From: Sphyrna mokarran
Lineage: Eukaryota
Assembly: GCA_024679065.1 (NCBI GenBank)
Contig: JAGIQG010000008.1
Coordinates: 97,154,001 to 97,218,000, forward strand
Length of the DNA: 64,000 nucleotides
Reading direction: 5' to 3'
Part shown: positions 39,891 to 51,400 of the stretch, one piece after another
Layout: every line of letters starts with the position of its first letter
How positions within the stretch are numbered: the first letter of the stretch is position 1
Position numbers and translations under genes: made by a program
The notes under the pieces: generated by a model
Seen by the model: only the letters and a program-made list of their open reading frames with translations
Databases searched by the model: none
Told to the model about the DNA's origin: nothing

Positions 39891-41189
39891 ACCTAGGAAA
39901 AGATAGTACTAACTTGGGGAAAAGGGGAGAAGAAAAAAAAGAAAAAAATGAGGAATGTTTCTGTCAAAGGGAAAATTATGGTTAGCACACGGAGTGAACT
40001 TCCATGTTCTTCTTTGAGGAGTCACAGAATCTTTTATGTCTAATCAAGACAGCAAGTGGGGCCACCACTTCATATGTCATATATATGACAGCATTCTGAA
40101 CATTTAAGAAGAGTGAGAGCCACCTCTAGGTCAAGGCTGAGAAGTGTTTCTGAATTATCTTTCCAACTGTGCAGAGACCGAAGCAGAAATAGAAATATCT
40201 ATTCTTTCACTCATTTGTTAAAAAAAATTAGTTAACAAAATGTTTTGTCAAATTATAGAAGTTGGTAAATATATCTTCCAAATTTAAAACCGATGTTAAT
40301 ATTCTTCTGCTTTGTAAATATACACAGAAAAAACAGAGCCTTCAAATAAAAGAAACTGACTCCAGTCTAAAGCTGATACAACAATCTTGTTATAAATTTT
40401 GCTTACTTGTTTGAAGTGATAATGAGAAGAATAAAATATTAGGAGTGGGGGGAGGAATTCTGTAACCCTACACTGCCAGATATACATGTTGCAATGACAG
40501 AGAGTTGGATTTTCAATAACAGTATTTGTAGAAAATCTCAGCACCTCAGAATCTGCCAAATTTATCAGTCTGGTTTTTCCGTTTAAAAAAAGATAAAATG
40601 CATCTGTTTAAGAGACTTTGTACAATACAGCATATTTATTTCTCAAATTAATAGCCATGGGATGAAAACAAAACCTCTTGGACTTTCATACGTGTTTCCA
40701 GCTAATAAATCAAGTAAGTTACTCAATCACTAGAAACCAAAGGACAAAATACGAAGAATTTTACCTCATGTTCCAAACAATTAAGCTGAAACTGACAACA
40801 GAAAGCTGTCCAGTTAACTCTTTTATTGACAGTAGGAAGAGGTGACCAAGAAGGTCGATGCTAACTTAGTTCACAGGAAATGGCTGTAATCTTGAAGAGA
40901 TGGCTGTAATCTCTCAATGTTCCCAAGAATTTTACCTCTTATCTCAACGGTGCTTTCCTGCAAGTGCACAGGCATTATCCTCCACTGATTTCCTTCACTT
41001 CCTATAATCACAGCACCAGTCCATCTTTCTCCAAACATGCACTTACTTACTTACTCATGTAACACTATAACTATTCAGTCAGAACAAGCATGTTCTGATT
41101 ATCGCACTTAATCCTGCAGGAAGAAGTTCTACACAAATTGGGCAGAAGATGGTGACTAAAGACACTGGAGGCTACCTGCATATCTTTAC

Positions 41190-41902
41190 CCCACACAAAG
41201 AGAACTTGTCGAACATTACAGGAAGGGGGCTGATCTTGAAGAGTGACAACACAGGAAATGACTGTGTCCTGCCATTCTTACTCTAAGCACCCAGCACAAT
41301 AATGTATAGAGGTCACCTTAGCATTTAATTCACTATCTCCTCTCTTCCCTCACTTACGTCCCTTGTCCTTCTCTCTTGTGCAGTAATTCTGTTTTCACAA
41401 ACAGTGCATTTGAAGGCCTTCCTCAATGCTCATTCTTTCAATTTTGATATAAGTAGGGAATTAGAAACATGGGGAAAATCCATTTATCATTTAATTTTTA
41501 ATTGTTCTCTGCTTTTTATTTCTTTATTGTCTTTATTTTTCTTTCCCCCTATTTTGTCCCCCTTTTCTTACCCTTTTCCCCTCTTTTTCTCAATATTACA
41601 TCCTCCCACCCATCTCCCCCCTCCTCCTAACAACTTCATCTGTCACAATTTACCCTCTGGTTTCAGTTTCTCTGCTGTTTGGCCATTCACACTTCCTGTT
41701 GCCTCTATGGACTGCCATTAACAACCTTTCCTTTGTTTTTATAGGTATGACTCGTCTTTCATTCCCTCACCCTCCAGTATCACTATCTCCCACACAAAGA
41801 GAACTTGTCGAACATTACAGGAAGGGGGCTGATCTTGAAGAGTGACAACACAGGAAATGACACTGTGTCCTGCCATTCCCACTCTAAGCACCCAGCACAA
41901 TA
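41190..41902 (+). repeat. About 112-bp direct repeat (41190-41301 and 41789-41902)
   Basis: cccacacaaagagaacttgtcgaacattacaggaagggggctgatcttgaagagtgacaacacagg... present twice. Confidence 0.9.
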
Positions 41903-42269
41903 TGCTTTAATATGCTTTATGTATTGTCTTTTAGCTTTGACAAAGCATCGTCTGGATTCAAAACATCAGCTCTTTTCTCTCTTTACAGATGCTGCTAGAC
42001 CTGTTGAGATTTTTCAGCGTTTTCTTTTTTTGTTCCATTAATCATTTAGCTATCTGTATTGTTGAGTGTCATATCTTACAAAGACACAGGATAAATGTCT
42101 TATTGATTAGAAAAATTTACATGATAAAATGTGTTACTGATTAGAAAAAGATAAATGATGAAATTTCATTCACCAATGGAATACGTGACGCAAAATAAAA
42201 ACAATGGTGTTGCTTCCATCTTTCACATCAAAATCACAGTGAGCGGCTTCCTACTCCTGAAATACCAAG

Positions 42270-42563
42270 TCAACTTAATTTCAGCTGGAAGAATCTGCAA
42301 ATTGGGTCCATCTCAGTAATCACATCAAGTTGGAGTTTAGAATTGTCATCCTCTTGCTTTAGTACATAAGTTAAATAAGCGATGAAGCCTATATCAGTTA
42401 TAAACGGTGTATTAGTAATGCAACTCATATCTTCAACAGGGTAAACATGGCTGTACCAAGTGATGTGGGTGTTTTCTGCAGTGAATCCTGTAACTGTGCA
42501 GGAAACCATCACAGGCTGGCCAGCTTTAGGTTATTCTGTCTTACAAGTAATTTGTGGCACGTC
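42270..42563 (-). pseudogene. Degenerate sixth C1-like exon of gene B with an in-frame TAA
   Basis: tttccag|GAC: DVPQITCKTE*PKAGQPVMVSCTVTGFTAENTHITWY...; TAA at 42531-42533; phase-0 acceptor unlike the other exons; no second Cys. Confidence 0.65.
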
Positions 42564-43839
42564 CTGGAAATAAAATTAACAACAATAAAACTCTTAAAAA
42601 TATGACAAAGATATGGATTTAATTGTATTAAAAAAACAAGGAAAATTCTAGCAGTTAGACTCTGCACTTTTACACTAAGATCCTTTTTATTTGAGTCTCA
42701 ACTGCTTCTGATATTGTACAAGAAGTGAGGCATTTGTCACTAAGTCCCGAATGAATTACAAGCCTTGAAGAGAATTTTAGCAGGACAACTGCCAGAGACA
42801 GTCTGATGACCGTGAAACCATTATTGATTGTCAGAAAATCCCAACTGGTTCACTAAAGTCCTTTAGGGAAGAAAATCTGCCACCCTTACCTCGCTGTGCC
42901 TAAATGTGCCTCTAGAGCCACAGCAATGTAGTGGATTCTCAACTGCTCTCTGAACAAGGGCGACCAGGACAACCCGCCATCAATGCCCACGTCCCAAAAA
43001 TCAATAAAAATAAAATCATGGAGTCCTGCGGCCAACTACAAGCTCCACACCACCTGAGATGGAGCCTCCACTGCCCAGATCGATCATGCCTCCTACCTCC
43101 ATTGATCACAGGCAAAGTGGCAGAAGACCCCTCTCGCTCCCCACCGATCGCATCTGCAAAGTGGTAGCAGACCTTCTTTCTTCCTCCCTCCCGTGCCAAT
43201 CGGATCTACTGAGTGGCAGAGGGCCTGCCCTACCCCCAAATCCTTCAGGTGCTGCACTCCATAGGCTCCACCCTGGCAGGTGCCCATTGGTCATTGCCCA
43301 GGTGCCAGATTGGTACTGCCCAAGGTGCACTCCCTTGCCCTCAGCTTCCCTGGGGTGGAGGTGGGGGCTCAATTCATGAGACCTGTTATTTTCCTCACCT
43401 ACAAGAATCTCTCCAAGCGAGGCCTGTAAACACAAGCGAGCCCAGACAATTCAGCAATGGGCTTGTTAAACAAATGTATATTAAGATTTAAATGAGCTTA
43501 AATTTATTAAGCCTCTCACCCATTTCTGGTGAGAGGCGAACCTCAAGGGAAATCTGGCTCTTGTAAGAGCACAAGAGCCGAGTAATCAGGCATGATCCTG
43601 ATTTTTCAGCTCTTGTGTGATTTCACTTCTCTCTCCATCAATGGGCAGGAAAAGCTGGTAAAATTCCACCCAGTGTCAAATTGATGGGTAAACTGGAGTC
43701 CACACTGTGATTCACTTTTGAACATTTGAATAGGGGATAATCTACCGAATGCCGTGAGAATAGTCAGCAGTTCCTTTATAGTTATTTCAACTGCTATCTT
43801 GGAGACCTGGTGTGTCAGACTGGAGAGGAATGTTTACTT

Positions 43840-44130
43840 TACTTTGTTTATTTATTAGTCATAAGTAGGCTTACATTACCACTGTAATGAAGTTACTCTG
43901 AAAATCCCCTACTCCAACATCTGTTCGGGTATACACTGAGGGAGAATTTAGCATGGCAAATGCACCTAACCAGCACAATTTTGGACCATGGGAGGAAACT
44001 AGAGTACCTGGGGGAAATCCACGCAGACACAGGGAGAATGTGCAAACATCATACAGACCGTGACCCAAGCCGGGAATTGAACCAGGATCCCTGATGCTGC
44101 GAGGTAGCAGTGCTAACCATTGTGCCACCG
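43840..44130 (-). repeat. HE1-like SINE
   Basis: Minus strand ggtggcacaatggttagcactgct (A box), ggttcaattcc (B box). Confidence 0.82.
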
Positions 44131-45382
44131 TATTTATCTCACTGTAACCACTTCCATGCACAAAGATAGCCCCTTTCTAGGCCATGACCAAGCTACATTT
44201 AGGTGATGGTCCTGAATGGGGAGTGGTAATGTATTGTTACTGAAAAATCCAGAGCTCCAGGGCAAACCTGGGTTCAAATCCCATCATGATACATGGTGAA
44301 ATTTGAATTTAATTCTAAAAAATTGGAATTAATAATGATAATAAAACGATTGCTGATGTCCTTTAGAAAAGGAAATCTGCCATCCTTACCTGGTCTGGCC
44401 TATTCCAGATCCTCAGCAACGTGATTCATTTGGAAATGGAGGGTAATTAGGATTGGGCAATAAATGCTGCTTGCCCAGCCAGCAAAACCTATATCTCATG
44501 AATTAAAATATATGCCCTCCTACTGGATAAAGACAAGTGCAGGCTCTCAGACAGCTGACAGCAGATCAACTTGTCTTACTTGACAAAATGACACAAGATC
44601 CAATCAACTCATATGAGCTTGTCACGTAGATAGCACCTAGGAAAATCACGAGCTATGTGCACACACAATATTTACATTTTGATTTAAAATAAAGTTGCAC
44701 TAAAGATATATTGAATTGGATTTGATTAGATAGCATGAAGAAAAACTATTAGTTGACGTACTCAGGGAAAAGTTTGTGCAATGACCAGATGTGGCAGTTT
44801 TATCTTAACATGGTAGAAATATGCTCTGCAGCTAGGAAATCATTGAGCTCTATTTTATCCCTATGCCTAGGCTGCTGCTTCAATAAATCCAAGTGTGAGC
44901 TACTAATGGGTAGATGTCAAGAGCTTCCAGTGCAATCTCACCAGCCTGATTTCCCTTTCCTATCCTTCTAGGGAACGTACGAATTAGAAATGTAAGTCCT
45001 GTCTTGTCTGAAGGCAAATGGCAGAAAATGAGTCATTAGGAACGGGAAACAAAAATACTAAATTACTGAAGAAATAAGGATTTTGCAAAGCTTTAATTAT
45101 ATTTGGGTTTGGTTCTTTAAATGTGTTTTTTTTTAAAACATCTTTTGCCCAGCAACCCTCAATGAGCATCTTTACAACTTTATAAAATCAGGCAAAAATG
45201 ATGGAAACTAGAATGCAGAATGTCATCATATCATTACTGCCTTATACTTCTACCACAATGGGAAGCAGATCTAAAAAGGACTATCTGTTTATTCCGTATA
45301 ATAACCTGAAATGCTACACTGATCCATTATGGATTACAACAAACACGCACAAAACAGGAACTTCTCAAAGTGAATACTTCAC

Positions 45383-45430
45383 CTTCATCATTTCCTAGGT
45401 TTTCATAAGCTGCATCTTCACTGTCAACAC
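45383..45430 (-). CDS. Gene B small cytoplasmic exon [16 protein letters not shown] (may instead read through to the stop at 45327)
   Basis: tttctctgtttag acceptor, phase 1 and in frame with D5; donor GAAG|gtgaag, or GAA|gtattc with exon end 45378. Confidence 0.6.
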
Positions 45431-48400
45431 CTAAACAGAGAAATTTAGTTAAATACATAGAAATGTTTATTTTGTTTGACACGTTAGGAGTATTAAGTAA
45501 CCCATTCAATTGTATTGAAAGAAGCTGAATTTACCGAAAAATACTCCCAGCCGTAAAAAAAAATGTTTATCCAATATGAAGTTTCATTGTCATATAAACA
45601 TGTAAATGAGTACTTCTAAGTGCAACAAAACCATCAATATTGCAATTATAACAATTGTATTGAAATCCTTTATTTTGAATTCAATCCCATGAAACAACAC
45701 CCACCTTTAAGGAGTAATTTGAAAATTTTCTCTCGAATTTCTTTCGTTTCTATATGAATCACTTCACATCTGATCAAACTCTCATGATCATTCTCATTTG
45801 CTTTAAATTTAATGCTTGTGACTGATGAAAAGAGACCATCATTAGCAATCACAGGACAAGGATTGCTAACTTGTCCTGAACAAGGTTTCCCATTTTTAAA
45901 CCACTTCACTTGGACAACTTCAGGAGCATAGCTTTTCAATGAGATACTGAATGTTACAAGCTGATTAGCTTCAGGGACTGGTGGATCAGCTTCAATAGAA
46001 GACAAGGTAGGAGAATGAGCTGAAAAACAAATTAAAATTGTCATGAACGTTTCCTATTGAAGCAAATGAATTAATCTTATCTTCTAGTCTGAATTATACA
46101 CATATTAATAAATATGCATGAACTTGCTAAAAGAAAATTATTGTAATATCTTCTATGGATGTACAGTTTAAATTAGGTACAGAAAAGATTATTTTGAGAA
46201 TAGTACTGATCTGGAGGAGTACTTTGGTGTACCATTTTACTGCAATATGTTGTAACAGATACCCATAGGTGTCAAAGGGACATTCCAGACAATAAAGGTC
46301 ATTGAATTAATATTCAGGCAAGAAGCTGTATCACACAAAAGAAAAATGTCAAAATCCTATTTAACAGATTTGTTGTGAAAGTTTGATATTTTAAACAAGC
46401 TGAAGAACTGATGTTTTAAGGCAGAAAGAAGTTCAGAACTTGCAAGATTCATTTAATGGGAATGTAATATTTTACAGTGAATATAACTGCCTTAAATCAA
46501 ATATCCTTCAAGTAACTTAAATTGAAGTTTTTTTCTCCAATGTATCAAATTCTAATTACTTATTTAATGTAAAATGGCTCATAATAAATGTGTTCTTCTC
46601 CAAATTTTCTCATATCTAGTTGGATTAAAGTTAAAATTAAGTTTATTTATTGGTCACAAGTAAGGCTTACATTAACACTGGAATGAAGTTATTGTGAAAT
46701 TCCCCTATTCCGGTCAATGCACCTAATCAGCATGCTTTTCAGAAGTGGGAGGCAACCAGAGCACTTGGATGAAACCCACGCAGACACGGGGGTGAACATC
46801 CACATAGGCAGTGATCCAAGCCGGGAATCGAACCTGCGTTCCTGGCACTGTGAAGCAGCAGTGCTAACCACTGCACTACCATGCTGCCCCCACTTATTTG
46901 TGTGTGGCCTAAGGCATTCACTTAAATCACAAATATTTAAAAGTGAAGTGGAACTTTTCAAACTTGTAAATAGAAGGATCAGGATAAAACCTACCTGGAA
47001 GTGTTAGAGATGTCTGTTTTACAATTGGAGCTTTTAGCTGCACATGATTCACGTGGAAGTAAAATACTCCATTGAAATCTTGTGCAGTTGGTTTTATTTG
47101 CAAGTGGGAAGTCAACCGAAAACATCCTCTTTCATCCTTCACAGGTCCTTTAATTGTGATCCCTTTGACTATCTGGCCTTGTTTATTATGCCAAGCTGTT
47201 TCAATAGTTTGTGGGTAAAAGTTGGAGATGCTGCAGCTCAAAACAAGATCTGAACCATATACGGCTTCCGGTGGATCAAATTTGATATCTTCAACAGATG
47301 GAATTCCTATAAAAAATAGCATGAAACTACAATTGACTACTGTACCAAATAGTCATCAGGTTGAAGTGTCAAAAAGGAGATTCAAAAGATGGCTTTTTCT
47401 CCCAAATGTGCAATTTTTATACAAGCCATAGACTTTTATACAAGAGCAATCATCAGATTTACCATTGTGCAATTTAGGCTTACAACTTGAAAAAATTCTT
47501 ACTTACAGAACATTCATGCTGCTAATTTGATAATTGCAATTATGTTGGAATAGCACAATTTGGGACCAATTCTACCACTGAAAGCAAAGGTCACAAGCAA
47601 AGCAGGAATGTAAGTGACATGGCACGATTTCTGAAGGCACTCTGAAGCAGGTAGCCCATTCCTCCAGTGGCATATTTAAAATTATCTACAAAATAAAGGC
47701 AATGCCAGCATCCTGTTACAGGCAACCATGGTTGGCTCCTGTCATCCTGGGAACCAATGGAAACATAGCCCTGAGTGGAGGGTGCCCTCAGTGTGAAGCC
47801 CAATAAGTGAAGCTGGGTGGGAAAGGGTCCTTAAGTGGCTATTTAAGGAATTATTCAGGGGCAAGTGTCATCAGAGGCCCAGTCTGCCCCATCGCAAAAC
47901 TGCCTGCACTCTCTCCCATCTCAAAATCTGCCAGCAAGATGTCTGGGTGGGAGAGAATTCAGGTTGGAAGCTCTCACAGCTGAGCTTTATTTGTTGATTT
48001 AACCTGAGGATTACCACATCTCAGGCAAAGGGCAAGGTTGAGAAGGCAGGCATTGATGAATAACCTCAACTGGTCAGGGAATTGAACCTGTGTTGTTGGT
48101 ATCATTCTGATCATGAACTAACCATCCAGCCAACTGGGCTAACTGATTCCCCGATGGTCCCTATACTCTTTCAGCAAATAAAGCATCCAAAACAGATTAG
48201 CTCAGAAGTATTTGAAAAAGACTGGTGCAGCCACTGTCCAGAGATGGTAAATGATGTTTTTTTTTGGTACCTTTATTTCTAATCAAAAAAGCCAATTAAA
48301 TTAAGACAACCATGGACCCCAATGAAGGACAAACAAGATCCAAGTTGACAAGACTTTGCATTGGACGAGTGATGGCCCAGTGGTATTATCGCTAGATTAT

Positions 48401-51400
48401 TTTATTTATTTTTTAGAGCAACACAGCACGGGAAACAGGCCCTTCGGCCCAACGAGCCCGCGCCACCGTCATAACTATATAGTAACAATTCCATTATCCT
48501 ATTCTAATTTTAGGTTATTCCTAATATGGAAGAGTCTCAATGTAGGGACAATTTGTTTCCCAATCAGCCTAAGAGCGAATTTTTGGGATGTGGGAGGAAA
48601 CCGGAGCGCCCGGAGAAAAGCCACGCAACCACGGGGAGAACGCGCAAACTCCCGCAGAACCGGCCCAATTCCAAGTGTCTGCACAGCTACAGCGATAGTC
48701 ACTGAGCTGTCATGGTGCCCTTCAGATGGTCCAGATAAAGCACTCATTTACGACATGAAGCACCAGGCAACCCATGAATCAACATCCAAGAGCTGTCCTC
48801 GCACCACCTGCCGAATGCATGCTCCTTGTTGGTCAAGTATGGACCGAATTACCTGTGGAAAAAAAAGCCATAGTTAAACAGTCCTACTATATCCCTTATC
48901 TGCATACCGCTCATGTGGCTGTCCAAGAGACCCTTAAACAGCCCTAGCGTGCCTGCTCCCACCACCTTACTCGGCAGTGCATTCCACACCCCCACTACCC
49001 TTTGTGTGAAAAACTGCCCTCTAATATTCATCTTATACATAGCCCCCCTCACCCTAAGGCCATGACCCCTCGTCCTATCCATTTCTGAAGGTGGAAAAAG
49101 TTTACCACCATTTACTCTATCTATACCCCTTATAATCTTATACACCTCTTAGATCCCCTCTAAGCCGACGTCTTTCAAGGGAAAACAACCCCAGTCTATT
49201 TAATCGTTCCTCATAAGACAGTCCTTCCATACCAGGCAGCATCCTGGTAAACCTCCTCTGCACTCTCTCCAAGGACTCCACGTCCAGAAACTTAGCTAAT
49301 GTTTTGGAGTTTCAAGTTTGAATCCCACCAAGGCTGATGGTGGAATTTGAATTCAATTAAAACTAAAATCTGGAATTAAGAATCTACTGATGACCACAAA
49401 ACCATTGTTAATTGTTAGAAAAAACCTATCTGGTTCACTAATGTCCTTTAGGGAAGGAAATCTGCCTTCCTTATTCGATCTGATCTACATGTGACAAACA
49501 AGATCCAAGGTGACATGATGAGACGTTACATCCCCCTCCCGGGCTTGATCTAACGTTTCATCTTAGCCAAAAGGCCAAGGTGGCTTTGCAAAATTGCATC
49601 ACATAAGGTCTTGATTTAACCTCATTGGCTATTCTGATCCTTAACTTGGCTTAAGCGAACCATGATCACAGGCATCAGTCCACCCCTAGTGCAATGGACT
49701 AGCCTTTCCCTAGCCTCATCACGGGTTTCACCCCTATCAGATTTTAAGTATTTTTCCTTCTGAGAATACTCCCAAGACTGTGGCACATTTACGGGGGTCC
49801 ATACAGAAGTAAATAATCTTAAGATTGATGTATCTTATAAGGGAATTCTTTGAGAGAAAAAGTAAACCAGTGTGCATAATATATGTAGTTAATCGTACTC
49901 GCTTTAATTTCTTCAATACAATAAAACTGGTTCTTTTTTTTAGAAAATGAAATTTTGTGACATAGTTCTATTGGTTAGAATGTGTTCAGATTTCTCTTTC
50001 AAAGGTAGCAGTCTCAGAAGTGATTATAATGGCTGTTATCTTTGTTTAAACAGCCTCTATTAAAACATGTCACGTTCATGAATTTGGAACATATCTGTCC
50101 ATTTCCAAATAAGAAACAAGTTTTGTGGCTGACAGTTAGGTTCAAAGGAGAGTTGCATGCAGATGAGTGGAGGATGAGTGTGATTGGTACGTGGATGCAG
50201 ATAAAAAGGAAAAAAAAAACAGATACAGAAAGAGGGACACGAGCGATTTTTTGTGTGGAGAAGAAGCAAATTACACCAAGGAAAAGATCTATTTTTCCTG
50301 TTTCACAGGATAAAGGAGATGGGATCTCTTCAGAGGTACTTGCAAACTTCTAAGAGTGTCCAAAGTCTGGAAAGCTGCGTAAATAGCTTTGGGATGCTTA
50401 AGTACTGAATGTTTTCCCACAAGTGGCCAAACTGCACAGTGTTATAAATTGTCAGATGAAAGGAAACTCTGAAATCTGGAAACTACACCATCAGGACTGT
50501 TAAGACCAGAGAGCGTTCATAGACATATGAGTTTGTGCTGCTATTCATGAAACATGAAGGTGAAAGCTGTTGTTAGATAGGACTCCTATTTTGTGGAACT
50601 GTGTAGCTCTGCAATGTCACTTTTATGAGGGCTGGGGAGGGGAGGGGGGAGGGGGGGCAGGAGGAGGGGGAGGAGGAGGAGAAGGAGTGAAAATCAATGC
50701 TTGTAGTTGTGCAAGATCTGGGGGAGGTGGGATTATGTGGCCTCGCTTGAAATTCCCACCCAAGGTCAATGGAGATTTTCATTGTTGGAATCCTGCTGGC
50801 TCCAAATCTGTGGTGGGGGAGGCAGTAGGTTACGGCAATACTGTCTAAAGTAAAATGTACCTTTAAGTCATATCATTTACTTATTAATTAATGTGCACTT
50901 TTTGTTGGCTTTCATTCATGATAAAGAGAAAGCTCCAAAAATATAATCATGAGTCATTTTCTCATTTGATTTTCATCCAGTAAGCATAGTTATTTTGGTT
51001 TGTGGTAATGGTTGCTTACCCAGTTGATCGAGCACCCAGCTGTCTTCCAATGGCTCTTTTAGGCTTTCATGTTCTACTCTGCACGTGTATGTCTTTCCAA
51101 CATCAGCCCTGGTCGGTACACTCTTCACACTACTTGTCAAGTAATAGAGTCCATCATGTCCCATAGTTGGCTTTTCAGATCCTTGTGTCATTGCTTCACC
51201 GCTTTTGAGCCAAGTAACTTTGATGTTCTTGGGGTAGAAAGAATGTATTCGACAGGATAAAGTCATAGGTTTTTCTGCAATTATTTCTTCTGCACATGTT
51301 ATCTTGTCCAGTTTTGGAGGGGCTGAATAAGAAACAGGAGAAACAAACTTAGTGTAGATTTTAACAGAGATAGATTAGAGATACTGGGTCTGGATTCTAC

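Noticed and set aside
42931-43491. Cluster of overlapping GC-rich ORFs (also 27181-27585, 50570-50848, 61596-62159)
   Set aside because: No recognisable domain or splice pattern; probably GC-rich non-autonomous repeats with few stop codons.
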